DNA of 64,000 nt from NCBI RefSeq assembly GCF_963921235.1, contig NC_086097.1, forward strand, positions 135,286,001 through 135,350,000, given 5' to 3'. The notes beneath the pieces were generated by a model. That model saw only the letters and a program-made list of their open reading frames with translations. It had not been told where the DNA came from and did no database searches. The position numbers and the translations under genes are program-made. Positions 23,941 to 36,692 of this stretch are shown in pieces. The DNA is from Mobula hypostoma. Lineage: Eukaryota. Positions within the stretch are counted from its first letter, which is position 1. Every line of letters starts with the position of its first letter.

Positions 23941-24138
23941 CTTGGAAAGAAAAGAAGCACAGTAAATCATTGAAACAGAACTCAATGTGGAACTGTTCAA
24001 GGAGCAAGGTGCCATCATCACACAAGAAGCAGGAACACTGCGCATAAGTATGGCGCGGTCTCTCTTTTCAGTTCTTTGACTCCTTCACATGCTCCACAGT
24101 GACAATTTTTTTCTGACAGGTGACAGGCTTTCACTAAC

Positions 24139-24156
24139 CTCTACCATGGCCTCCAA
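24139..24156 (-). CDS. tbc1d31: Candidate 18-nt microexon of tbc1d31 (adds VGGHGR)
   Basis: atttgctttcttgctttttttaag|TTGGAGGCCATGGTAGAG|gttagt. Frame-preserving phase 1-1, no stop. Confidence 0.4.
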
Positions 24157-24569
24157 CTTAAAAAAAGCAAGAAAGCAAATTTGATGGGGAAACAGATCTC
24201 TTTCTGTCCTGTACTCCAAGTCTGAAACCAATAGGACGTTACCTCAATTGACAGTCTGAACTCACACTGGTGATTGCTCTTCTCACACGCTTATGCTTGG
24301 CTAAGACCCAAAATTTTCACTGAGGAATAAAATCTTGATGTATCACTCTGAAGAATATTTTGGCATCCACTTTATCAAAAGTAACTTTGCAGCTGAAACT
24401 CCTTAGCTTATAAATTACTTCCTCTGTGCCTTGTTGAAATCGTTCAGAGTACACATCATTTATATTCTGTATTACAGTGGATCACTGCCTAACTCAATGT
24501 TATTCCAAAAATTTCAATATTAAATAGTTAAAAACTAAAGTGGTTCCTTAAGGTTGTTGTAACAAGAGT

Positions 24570-25130
24570 AGTTGTGGGTTTAAGCTCCTACTACCTATTA
24601 CGTGCTCCCAATGGCGTGCGACTCAAATAGCCTCTGACAAGCAAGTCTAGCTCTTGGCTTTCAGGTCTGGCTTAGCAACTAAGCCTGGTGGAACTGTTTC
24701 TACTGACAGGAGAAGAAGCAAGGGTGGACTACTGGCGCTTTAAAACCAGTTGCTTCGGGCAGATGGGGCATGTCAGCCGTGGTTGGCAGCTCACCTAGGA
24801 GAAGGAAAACTGATTTCAAACATCCGCTGCCTTGCAGCTATACCCACTCATGGGGAAGGCTTCGGGAGTAAATCTAGAGGGGAAATCCGGAGCTGGAGTC
24901 CCTAAAGCCGTCCTACGTTGAGTTCAACGCTGACTGGCAACGCTTGTGACAAACTGTCTCTGTAGGTCTCTGCCATTCCTTTGAGTTTATCAGATGCCTG
25001 GATAGGGGGAGCTTGCTATATGGGCAACAGCTTGCTCTCCATATCGTAATGCCCTTGCTTGCGTATTTAGACAGTTAGGATGCAACATCCATGATCGACC
25101 TTGACCAACAGAGGCCTCAACTCAACAACT
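24570..25130 (+). mobile_element. RTE-related non-autonomous retroelement
   Basis: Shares gatttcaaac..ccgctgccttgc..ctatacccactc..ggagtaaa..aaatccggagctggagtccctaa with the copy at 48315-48690. No ORF; (caact) tail. Confidence 0.55.
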
Positions 25131-25366
25131 CAAAAAGCAAAAGTGAGCTTGTAACGTCTGCAGTTTAGACCACAAGTGGTTGCTGACACCATTGTGAAAA
25201 TAGCCTATTTGAGATCTTGATATCAATCCACTGTTCTTTCTGAACCACACCACTCATGTCCCTGAACAAGATGGTCCCACCAAAGGCTTACAACCAAAGT
25301 GTTGGCCTTCCATTTCAAGCATGAAACTCTGTTTCCAATAAGCTGAGAAATGGTTTGGACGTTTAC

Positions 25367-25520
25367 CAAATGGATTGTAGGAGTTTCTGTGCATGCGATC
25401 ACCAATTTCCATGCCACCATTCACTCTGTCAGGCAACAACTGATGTCTCCAAGCAGGACCGTCACCTTTCTCTTGCTGACAAAATTGCTGATGAGTGGGA
25501 TTTGCAGCAACCTTCGTCCA
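25367..25520 (-). CDS. tbc1d31: TBC1D31 coding exon (divergent C-terminal region; donor position uncertain)
   Basis: Strong acceptor ttgtttccttgtacag. Begins with W as the human exon does: WTKVAANPTHQQFCQQEKGDGPAWRHQLLPDRVNGGMEIGDRMHRNSYNPF, then G|gtaaac (phase 1, as the next exon requires). Confidence 0.7.
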
Positions 25521-27383
25521 CTGTACAAGGAAACAAGATAAAATAGGCTTTCAGATTGGGAATGAAATTAAGGTTCCTCCCTGTAACCACAATTCACATC
25601 TCAACTCTAACATCAATGGTAAATTATTGGAAGGGATTTAGAGGGACAGCAGCTATCAACATTTGGATGGGAAAGGCTTAATTAGGGACAGTCAGCATGG
25701 CTTTGTATATGGGAAAATGTCTTACAAAACCCTTGGTGTATTTCCAAAGAGGTAACCAAATCATAAGGGTGAATAGTACTTTTCCCAAGGAAGGAAAACT
25801 AGAAACTAGAGGGCACAGCTTTAAGATGAAAGGCACCTTCTTCACACAGAGTGGTGCATCTATAGTATGAACTGTCAGGGAAAGTAATGAGGCAGGTACG
25901 ATAACAACACTTAAAAGATATTTGAATTAGTAAAACAGGGGTGTAGAGGCATAAGGACCAAACAGAGGCAAATAGGACTACTGTAGTTTGGTGGGCACCA
26001 TAGTCAGCAAGTTCGATTTAGGCTGAAGGACCTTTTCCCATATTATATTATTCTATGATTCTATATTATATGTTATATGGGTATATTGAAGCCACTGTTC
26101 ATTTGCATCATCAGATATCAATCTGTGGAAATAGCAAAATTTCCCTCATGTTGAAGAATTTACATCATAAACCAAAAAGACACAGGAGTAGAATTAGGCC
26201 ATCAGCTCACCGAATCTGCTCCTCCATTTCATCATGGCTGATCCATTTCCCTTTCAACCCCACTCTCCTGCTTTCTCTCCATAACCTTTCATGCCCAGAC
26301 TAATCAAGAACCTTTGCCTTAAAAGCACCCAGTGACCTGGCTTCCACAGAATCTGTGGCAACAAATTCCACAAATGCATCATCCTCCAGCTAAGGAATTT
26401 CCACCTCATCACAGTTCGAAATAGACGTCCCTCTATTTTGAGGCTGTGACGTCGGGACCTGAACTCCCCCACCAAAGGAAACACCCCCTTCACATCCACT
26501 CTATCTCGGCCCTTCAACATTCAATAGGTTTCACTGAGATTCTCTTCATTATCCTAAATTCCAGTGAGTACAGGCCCAGAGCCTTCAACACTGCTCATAT
26601 GATAACCCTTTCATTCCCAGAATCATTCTTGTGAACCTCCTTGAACCCTCTCCAATGTTAGCACATCCCTTTTTAAAATGAAGAGCACAAAATTGCTCCG
26701 TGAAGCCTCATCAGTGACTTATACACCTCAACATTCCATCCTTGCTTTTATATTCTAGTCCTCTTGAAATGCATTCGTCTTCGCCTTCCTCATCACCAAT
26801 TCAACCTGCAAATTAACCTTTAGGGAATCCTGCATGAGTACTTCCAAATCCCTTTGCACCCCAGATGTTTGAATTTTCTCTCCATATAAAAATGTTCTGT
26901 GCTTTTATTCCTTCTACCAAAGTGCATGACCATACACTTAGAACATAGAAAACGTACAGCACAATACAGGCCCTTTGGCCCACAATGCTGTGCTGAACAC
27001 GTACTTACTTTGGAAATTACCTAGGGTTACCCATAGCCCTCTATTTTTCTAAGCTCCATGTACCTATCCAGGAGCCTCTTAAAAGACCCTATTGTATCCG
27101 CCTCCACCACTGATGCCGGCAGCCCATTCCACACACTCACCACTCTCTGTGTAAAATACTTACTCCTGACATGTCCTCTGTATCTGCTTCCAAGCCCCTT
27201 AAAACTGTGCCCTCTCATGATAGCCATTTCAGCTCTGACTATCCACACGATCAATGCCTCTCATCATCTTACACACCTCTATCAGGTCACCTCTCATCCT
27301 CCGTCGCTCCGAGGAGAAAAGACCAAGGCCACTCAACCTATTCTCATAAGGCATGCTCCCCAATCCAGGCAACATCCTTGTAA

Positions 27384-27515
27384 CACACATAAAAGTTGCT
27401 GGTGAATGCAGCAGGCCAGGCAGCATCTCTAGGAAGAGGTGCAGTCGACGTTTCAGGCCGAGACCCTTCGTCAGGACTTGCTTGAATTTCCAGCATCTGC
27501 AGAATTCCTGTTGTT
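27384..27515. mobile_element. Penelope pLTR mini-insertion with inverted 3' tail
   Basis: 13-bp TSD AACATCCTTGTAA (27371-27383, 27516-27528). Body on the minus strand, 37-nt tail on the plus strand. Confidence 0.88.
27443..27478 (-). ncRNA. Minimal type I hammerhead ribozyme motif (Penelope pLTR), intact core
   Basis: AGTC-CTGACGA-AGGGTCTCGGCCT-GAAAC-GTC-GACT: stem I AGTC/GACT, CUGANGA and GAAA boxes, stem II, palindromic ACGT stem III, GUC cleavage triplet. Confidence 0.75.
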
Positions 27516-30500
27516 AACATCCTTGTAAATCTCTTCTGCACCTTTTCTATAGTTTCCACATCCTTCCTGTAGTGAGGTGACCAGAATTGAGCACAGTACT
27601 TCAAGTGGGGTCTGACCAGTGTCCTATATAGCTGTAACATTACCTCTCGGCTCTTAAACTCAATCCCACAGTTGTTGAAGGCCAATGCAGCACATGACTT
27701 CCTAACCACATAGTTAACCTGCACAGCAGCTTTGAGTGTCCTATGGACCCTAAGACCCCTCTGATCCTCCACACCGCCAAGAGTCTTACCATTAATACTA
27801 TATTCTGCCATCATATTTGACCAACCAAAATGAACCACCTCACACTTATCTGGGTTAAACTCTATCTGCCACTTCTCAGCCCAGTTTTGCATCCTATCGA
27901 TGTCTCACTGTAACCTCTGACAGCCCTCCACACTATCCACAACACCCCCAACCTTTGTGTCAGCAGCAAATTTACTAACCCATCCATCCCTCCACTTCCT
28001 CATCCAGGTCATTTATAAAAATCATGAAGAGAAGTGGTCCCAGAACAGATCCCTGAGCCACACCACTGGTCACCGACCTCCATGCAGAATATGACCTGTC
28101 TACAACCACTCTTTGCCTTTTGTGGGCAAGCCAGTTCTGAATCCACAAAGCAATGTCCCTTTGGATCCCATGCCTCCTACCTTTCTCAATAAGCCTTGCA
28201 TGGGGTACCTTATCAAATGCCTTGCTGAAATCCATATACAGTACATCTACCTTCAATGCGTTCAGTCACATTCTCAAAAAAATTCAATCAGGCTCGTAAG
28301 GCACAACCTGCCTTTGACAAAGTCATGCAGATTATTCCTGATCATATTAAGCCTCTCCAAATGTTCATCAATCCTGCTTCTCAGGATCTTTTCCATCAAC
28401 TTACCACTGAAGTAAGACTCACTGTATAATTTCCTGGGCTATCTCTCCCTCCTTTTTTGAACAAGGGAACAACTTCTGCAACCCTCCAATCCTCTGGAAC
28501 CTCTCCCAACCTCATTGATGATGCAAAGATCATTGCCAGAGGCTCAGCAATCTCCTCCCTTGCTTGGGGTGTATTTCCTCTGGTCCCAGTTACTTATCCA
28601 ACTTGATGCTTTCCAAAAGCTCCAGCACATCCTCTTTCTTAATGTCTATATACTCAAGCTTTTCAGTCCACTGTAGGTCATCCCTACAATTGCCAAGGTC
28701 CTTTTCTGTAGTGAATACTGAAGCAAAGTATTCATTAAGTACCGCCGCTACCTCCTCCGATTCCTTACACACTTTTCCACTGTCACACTTGATTGGTCCT
28801 ATTCTCTCATGTCTTATCCTCTTGCTCTTCACATACTTGTAGAATGCCTTGGGGTTTTCCTTAATCCTGCTTGCCAAAGTCTTCTCATGGCCCCTTCTGG
28901 CTCTCCCAATTTCATTCTTAAGCTCCTTCCTGCTAGCCTCATAATTTTCTAGATCTCTATCATTACCTAGTTTTTTGAACCTCTCCTAAGCTTTTCTTTT
29001 CTTCCTGACTCGATTTTCAACTGCCTTTGTACACCATGGTTCCTGTACCCTATCATCCTTTCCCTGTCTCATTGGAACGCGCCTGTGTAGAAAGTCATGC
29101 AAATATCTCCTGAACATTTCTGCCGTACATTTCCCCAAGAACACCAATTACTAATTTATGTTTCCAAGTTCCTGCCTAATAGCTTCATATTTCCCCTTAC
29201 TCTAACTAAACATTTTTCTAACTTGACTGTTCCTATCCCTCTCCAATGCTATGGTAAAGGAGATAGAATTACAATCACTATCTTCAAAATGCTCTTCCAC
29301 TGAGAGACCTGGCACCTGACCAGGTTCATTAAAATTAAAATCCCCCATCACGACAACCCTGTTATTACTGCACCGTTCCAGAATCTGTCTCACTATCTGC
29401 TTCTCAATGTCCCTGTTACTATTGGGTGGTCTATACAAAACACCCAGTAGAGTTATTGACCCCTTCCTGTTTCTAACTTTCGCCCACAGAGACTCAGTAG
29501 ACAATCCCTCCATGACTTCCTCCTTTTCTGCAGCCGTGACCCCATCTCTGATCAGCAGTGCCACGTCCCCACCTCTTTTGCCTCCTTCCCTGTCCTTTCT
29601 GAAACATCTAAAGCCTGTCCTCTTTGTACAGGTCACTCCTACCCCAAAAGAGGTCCCAATGATCCAGAAATCTGAATCCCTGCCCAATCCCTCAGCCACG
29701 CATTTATCCTCACCTCACTCTATTCCTATACTCACTGTCGTGTGGCATTAGCAGTAATCCGGAGATTACTACCATTGTGGTCCTGCTTCTCAGCTTCTTT
29801 CCTAACTACCTGCAGTCCATTTTCAGGACGACCTCCCTTTTCCTACCCATGTCGTTGCTACCAATATGTACCATGACCTCTGGCTGTTCACCTTCCCACT
29901 TCAGGATATCATGGATGCGATCAGTAACATCCTGGACCCTGGCACCTTGGAGGCAAACGACCATCTGTGTTTCTTTCCTGCGTCCACAGAATCGCCTGTC
30001 TGACCCCCTAACTATAGAGACCCCTATCACTGCTGCCATCCTCTTCCTTTCCCTACCCTTCTGAGCCACAGGGCCAGACTCTGTGCCAGAGGTGCAGCCT
30101 CTGTTGCTTCCCCCACGTACTCAAACAGGAGAACTTATTGTTAAGGGGAACAGCCATAGGGGCACTCTGTAGTATCTAACTCCTGCCCTTCCCTCTCCTG
30201 ACTGTTACCCACTTATCTGTCTCCCGAGGCCCTGGTGCAACTACTTGCCTAAGCTCCTCTCTATCACCTCCTCACTTTCCTTGACTAGACAAAGGTCATT
30301 GAGCTGCATCTCCAATTCCCTAACCCGGTTCCTAAGGAGCTGCAGCTCAACGCACCTGGCACATGTATGGCCATCCGGCAGGCTGGGAGTCTCCCGGACA
30401 TCCCACATCTGACACCAAGTAGAGAACACTGGCCTCACAGACATACTTCCTGTTTCTTTTCTTCACAAGTAACTTACGTGTTATTGCCGACCACCTCCTA

Positions 30501-33319
30501 ACAGTTCATTCTTTCTGCCACCTCTTCGCCCATTCTCCGAATCCAAGTACTTCTGCAGCCTCTCTGCTTCCTCAACACAACCTACCCACCTTCCACCTAC
30601 TTATCTTCATATCGTCCACAAACATAGCCACAAAGCCATTAATTTCCTCATCCATATCGTTGACATACAACATAAAAAACAGCAGTCCCAACACAGACCC
30701 CTGTGGAACACCACTAGTCACTGGCAGCTAATCAGACAAGGATCCTTTTATTCCCATTTTTTGCCTCCTTCCAATCAGCCAATGCTCTACCCGTGGTAGT
30801 ACCTTTCCTGTAATACCCTGGGGTCTCATCTTGTTTAGCAGCCTCCTGTATGGCAACCTTGTCAAAGGCCTTTTGAAAATCCAAGTAGTCAAAATTCTCC
30901 TTTGTCTATCCTACTGGTTGTTTCTTCAAAAAATTCCAACAGATTTGTAAGGCAAGATATTCCCTTGAGGAAATCATGCTGATTTTGGCGTATTTTGTCA
31001 TCTGCCTCCCAGTGCCCCGAAACCACATCCTTAACAATCAACTCCAACATCTTCCCAGCCACTGAGGTCAGGCTAACTAGCCTATAATTTCCTTTCTTCT
31101 GCCTCCCTCCCTTCTTGAAGAGTAGAGTGACATTTGCAATTTCCGTCTCCTGGAACCATGCCAGAATCTACTGGTTCCTGAAAGATCATTACTAATGCCT
31201 CCACAATCTCTTCAGCTACCTCCTTTAGAACCTTGCAGTTTAGCCCATCAAGTCCAGGTGACTTATCCTCCTTCAGACCTTTCAATTTGCCAAGCACCAT
31301 CTCACTAGTAATAGCAACTGCACTTTAATCTTCTTCATGATAACATCAAACTTCCAGCATACTGCTAGTGTACTTCACAGCGAAGACTGACCCAAATACT
31401 TGTATAGTATTGCCTTTGAAACACTTCCTGTTCTTTGGGATGATGCATCTATCCTGTGCCTTCCAAACTGCTCACAGAAACTCCAGCCATTGCTACTTTG
31501 CTATCATCCCTGCTAGTGTCACCTTCCAATCATCTTTGGCTAGCTCCTCTCTCATGCCTCTGTAGTTCCCTTTACCCCACTGTAATACGGATACATCTGA
31601 CTTTAGCTTCTCCCTCTCAAACTGCAGGGTGAATTCTATCATATTATTATCATTGTTTCTTAAGTGTTCCTTTACCTTAAACTTCCTAAGCATATCTGGT
31701 TCACTACACAACACCCAATCCTGAATTGCTGATCTCTGTGTGGGCTCAACCATAAGCTTCCCCAAAAAGCCATCTCGGAGGTATTCCACAAATTCTCTTG
31801 ATTTTTCCAAATCTATCAGCATATTGAAATCTTCCACGACTAACGTAACATTGCCTTTTTGACATCCTTTTTCCATCTCTTGCTGTAATTTGTAGACCAC
31901 ATCCTGGCCCATGTTTGGAGACCTGTCAGGGTTTTCCTACCCTTGCAGTTTCTTAACTCTACCTACAAGGATTCTACATCTTCTGATCCTATGTCACCTC
32001 TTTCTAAAGATTTGACTTAATTTTTTTTTAATCAGCAGGGTCATACCTCTTCCTCTGTCTATCTGCCTGCCCTTTCGATAGATTGTGTATCCTTGGATAT
32101 TAAACTCCCAACTACACTCATCTTTCAGCCATGACTCCATGATACCCACAACGTCGTAAGATCATCTACCTTATTTTGTATACTGCATGCATTCAAATAT
32201 AACACCTTCAGTCCTGTATCAATTTTGTCCCCCTTTACACTGCAACCCATCCCACTGACTGCATTTTGCACTATCATCTGCCTGTCCTTCCTGACAGTCT
32301 CACTATACACTACCTCTGCTTGTAAACCAACATCCCTATACTCTGATTCCCAATCCCCTTGTCAAATTAGTTCAAGATCTCCTCAACAGTTCTAGCAAAC
32401 CTATCCACAAGGATATCAGTCCCCCTCAGGTTCAGGTGTAGCCCATCCCTTTTGTACAAGTCATATCTTCCCCAGAAGAGATCCCAATGATCCATAAATC
32501 TGAAACACTACCTCATGCACCAGGTCCTCAGTCACACATTTATCTGCCAAATCATCCTATTCTTGCCCTCGGTGGCATGTGGCACAATCCAGAGATCGTT
32601 ACCCTAGAGGAGCTGCTTTTCAGTTTTCTACCTGGCTCTCCAAATTCTCAACTTAGAACCTCCTTTTCTTTCCTATGTCATTGGTACCAATATGTACTAA
32701 GATGTCTGGCTGGTCACCCACCACCTTCATAATGTTGTGGACACGATCCGAGACGTCTCTGACCCTGTTAAAGAGCAGAGCAAAAACACAAAGTTGCAAG
32801 TTTCACCTGGGAGGCAACATACCATCTGGGTCTCTCTATTGTGTTCACAGACTCTCCTATCCACACCTCTAACTATGGAATCTCCTATCACCACTTCATT
32901 TCTCCTCTGCCCCCTTCCCTTCTGAGTCACAGCATCAGGCTCAGTGGCAGAAACCTGGTTACTGTGGTTTCCCTCGCTAGGTTCCCTCCCCAACAGTATA
33001 CTTGTTATTGAGGGGAATGGCCACAAGGCTACTCAGTACTGTATGCCTATTTCCCTTCCCTGACAGTCTGTCTCCTGAAATCTAGGGGTGATTACCTCCC
33101 TGTACTTCCTATCTATCATCTCTTCAGTTTCCCTTATGAGCCAAAGGTCATCAAACTGCAGCTCCAGTTCTTTAACATGTTCCCTGAGGAGCTGCAGCTT
33201 GGTGCATCTGGTGCAGATGTGGTTACCCGGGAGGCTGGAGGTCTCCCAGGATTCCTGGGATTTATGTACATTTTGTTCTAGAACACAGACCAGTATTGCT
33301 TGGGAATTATCAGTATTAA

Positions 33320-33935
33320 AGAGCACCCAACGCGGACACTCTTATCAAAAAGGCTCAGCAGAGGTTGTATTTCCTACGTCAACTCAGAAAGTGCAACCTA
33401 CCTAAGGAGCTGCTGATTCAATTCCATTCAGGAATAATTCAGTCTGTTCTCTGTTCGTCCATCACTGTCTGGTTTGGATCAGCTACCAAACAAGACAAGA
33501 ATAGACTCCAAAGAACCGTCAGGGCTGCGGAAAGGATTATTGGTGTGAAGCTGCCCTCAATCCAGGACTTATATGCATCTACAGTCAGGAAGCGAGCAAG
33601 CAGCATCATTGTAGACCTATCACACCCTGGACATCACCTATTCCAACTCCTTCCTTCTGGTAGGTGTTTTAGATCACTGTATGCCAGGACAAATAGGTAT
33701 AAGAACAGCTTCTTTTCGTATGCCATCAGTCTTATGAACACTTGAATTTTAGTCTATTGTAAACCAAGTCCACCTGTACATACACAGGTATACCTCATTG
33801 TATATAGTTCACGATTATTTGCACTATTCTTTTGTTTGCTTTTTGATTCTGTACAGCGAGAGCTCAGGGAAACCAGCATCAAATTCCCTGTATGTGTCCA
33901 CATACTTGGCGACAATAAAGGATTCTGAATCTGAG
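33320..33935 (+). mobile_element. Rex1/Babar LINE 3' fragment (distinct subfamily)
   Basis: YFLRQLRKCNLP...SITVWFGS...HPGHHLFQLLPSGR; AATAAA plus (ttctga) tail. Confidence 0.85.
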
Positions 33936-34957
33936 CAAAAACACGAGGTTGAAAGTTTCACATACCAAGGATATCCCAAAGCCACTATCTACAGGATTCA
34001 GTTTTTCCAAGGAAACAACTTGAGTATCAACATTCCAGTTTACTATTGCATGTCTGATTAGTTGAAAATAATCAAGCTGGGCTTCTCCCTTTGAATTGGA
34101 GATCAGCAATATTCTACTAACTCCTGAAGGATAGTTAGAATTACTTGCCTAAACAGTTATGATTTAAAACAATGTTAGTGCAAGTCATTTGTTAAAGTGA
34201 GATTGAGAGTTCGTCCCCAGGGATAAAATGACTAAACAAATGCTTAAAAGTATTTTGCATACGTGTAAGCCCTGACATCTGCCTATACTGATCTTGAGAA
34301 GCAAAATCCATCCATAAACAACCAAGTAATAAATCAAAGGAAAGGTCTGAGCTGTAGTATTGTTTACAATTCTAGACATTACACTTTGGAAGAGTCGTTA
34401 TGGTCTGGAAAATCTCTCATTAAATGGGCCATGAAATCAGCCTGAATGACACTTCTGCAAAATAAATACACAAATGGAGAATGGTAAGAGGACTGCAAAG
34501 AACTGCATTGAAAGAACCAGTAAAGGCATGACTGGCTGGATGGTCGTCTTCTGTACTTTTTAAATACATCAAAAATTTGGAGTATGCATTCACCCAGAGG
34601 AGATGACTCTTTTTCGCTGGCAACCAAATGTCAGCACCCGAACAATGAGTGGGCTGCACGATTGCACAGAAATGCAAAAGTTGTTGTCATTTGGCTCATG
34701 TTAACCTTATAATTTTCATTCACTTCACATTTGTATTACAGATCCAGTTGATAAGTCTGTCCCTCCCATCTTTTGTCAAAACGATGTAGTATTCTACAAT
34801 ACTTTAACTATTTGATGCCAAGCAACATGTTGATGTTGCCTGGAACTCTTTTCCCCCATTATGAGAGCAGAGGTGATAAGGACAACAGGATGTAGTTAAA
34901 GCACTGGTGGATAGGAATCCATTAAAAAAATTTCTTCCGCCTTTTCAATTGACTTAC

Positions 34958-35152
34958 CCGCTTATCTTCAAGTTCATTCATCATATCCAAAAGCTTGGCC
35001 TCTTTTTCCTTATTCTCACTGGCAAGACATGCCAATTCTGCCTGGGATTTCTTTTGATTTAAACTGTATTCCCTTTGTTTGTTCAGTATCCGTGCTTGCC
35101 AGTCCTCATTATTCGATAGCTGATTGGTTCTGGCCAACTCCTCTAAGGTGTT
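34958..35152 (-). CDS. tbc1d31: TBC1D31 coding exon
   Basis: 195 nt, cag/gtaagt, NTLEELARTNQLSNNEDWQARILNKQ...ENKEKEAKLLDMMNELEDKR. Confidence 0.88.
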
Positions 35153-35289
35153 CTGGTCAGGGAAGTAACAAATTTACATTAATGTTCTTGTTCTCTGCAG
35201 GTCTTATTTTTCAATCTGTAAAACGCTTACAGAGAGTATTTGTGAATTAAAATACTGCAGGGAAAACATAGTTGTCTCATTAATTCTGG

Positions 35290-35490
35290 AGGCAACAAAA
35301 ACTGAAACATTGGAGGAACTCAATGTAGAGGGAAATGGATATTTAACATTTCAGGCTGAGACCTTTAATCCTGATGAAAGGCCTCAACCTGAAATGTTGA
35401 CTGTCCATTTCCCTACACAGATAGTGCCAGACCCAATGAGTTCCTCAAGCATTTTGATTTTTGCTCCAGATTCCAGCACCTGCAGTTCTG
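35290..35490. repeat. Palindromic Penelope-pLTR-derived element with a central hammerhead-like motif (similar at ~9695-9850, ~20580-20715, ~35585-35730, ~35930-36130)
   Basis: ttggaggaactca...agggaaatgga...aacatttcaggctgag / ctcaacctgaaatgtt...tccatttccct...tgagttcctcaa arms; CTGATGA...GAAA at 35371-35394. Confidence 0.65.
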
Positions 35491-36692
35491 ATGGCTAGTG
35501 CAGCAACACTGGGTTGGACAGTTTCTCAATCCCCTACTGATCCAAACAAGACTAATAACCTAATAAAGCGAGTGACTACCTTAAAAAGACACAAGAGAGA
35601 CTGTAAATACTGTGAATCTGAATCAACGGACACAATGTGTTGAATGGTTTCAACCCAAGATGTCAACACCTCATTTTCTTCCACATATGTTACCTGATCT
35701 GCTGAGTTCTTCCAGAATTTTCTGTGTTGACTACTTTAAAGATCTAACAGAAAACAAAGTGTCTGTGTGTGATACGAGTTCCATGTTAAAGTACAAAGAA
35801 TTTAAACATAAGTATCTAAATAAAGCACGTTATTAAGAACAGCTTCTTTCCAAGTCTCGTCAAAAAGTAATTTGATAATAATAATCCAGATAAAAAGCAA
35901 TTAATTTCTGAAATACATAAGAATTCATATCGATACACTAGACACTGGAATTTGAGCAACAAATCATCTGTTGGAGGAACCCAATGGGTTGAGTGAGTCC
36001 AGTGGGAAAAAAATTGTTGAGCTTTCAGGTCAAAACTCAACAATGCAGGGTTTTAACTCAAAGTGTTAACAATTCCTTCCCTCCCACCCACTGCCTCACA
36101 CAACAAATCTGTTCATTCTACATTCATCTCCAGCAATTTCACTTTGAGTTTTGATTTTGAACCTTCATGATGACAAAGTAGTGCAAGTAATTGCTGGATC
36201 AATTAATTGCTTGATTGGTCCCAACAACAACATTTTCCCAGTTCTGTAAAAATTCAGAGGCTGGGCCATCCTTACATGATGTGAGGGTTTTTAAAGAGCT
36301 TCCACAACCCGTAAGATTGCTCATGGCTGCTTGTTTTGGAGACAAGTTTGTAATTTAACTACTACTGGCATTACTAATTTTTCTGCTTTCTTTTTGCATG
36401 ATTAAATATTTATGTTCAAGTACTACCTTGCATCAGCATCAATTTAAGACACAATGATCCTGAACAAAGCAAGTGCCTATTCAGCCAGCATATTAGCCTA
36501 AAGCACCTTAGAGAAAGGTGCTTATTAATCCAGGGAATAAATCAAAATGCAAATGTTTGATCACGGCAATGTGGCATGTCTTTGTGAAGGAGCTATTTGC
36601 TGTGGGCGTAAATAAAACTGGGGGACTTGCTTGAACTGAATTGCACACAATGAATGTTCCAAGAACCTCATCACCTAATGAATGTGCTTCAC

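Larger units (their letters stand above)
26940..30480 (-). mobile_element. Near-full-length CR1 LINE (ORF1 Zn-finger/SGNH esterase + ORF2 APE-RT), degraded
   Basis: ORF pieces 30241-30444, 29806-30069, 29202-29699 (YRPPNS, MGDFN), 27975-28256 ([11 protein letters not shown]) and 27344-27892. Confidence 0.92.
26175..33260 (-). mobile_element. Older long CR1 LINE, split at 26939/~30490 by a second CR1
   Basis: 3' end at 26175-26939. RT, APE and ORF1 esterase remnants (VVIGDSIVRGVDRR, CTRCTKLQLL) at ~30490-33260. The split matches the uninterrupted relative near 61200. Confidence 0.85.

Noticed and set aside
24600..24700. HDV-like ribozyme at the 5' end of the RTE-related element
   Set aside because: Such ribozymes are known in RTEs, but I could not build the nested double pseudoknot convincingly by eye.
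34379..34677. Overlapping short ORFs in a non-repeat intronic stretch
   Set aside because: No recognisable protein similarity, and the tbc1d31 model is in frame without them.
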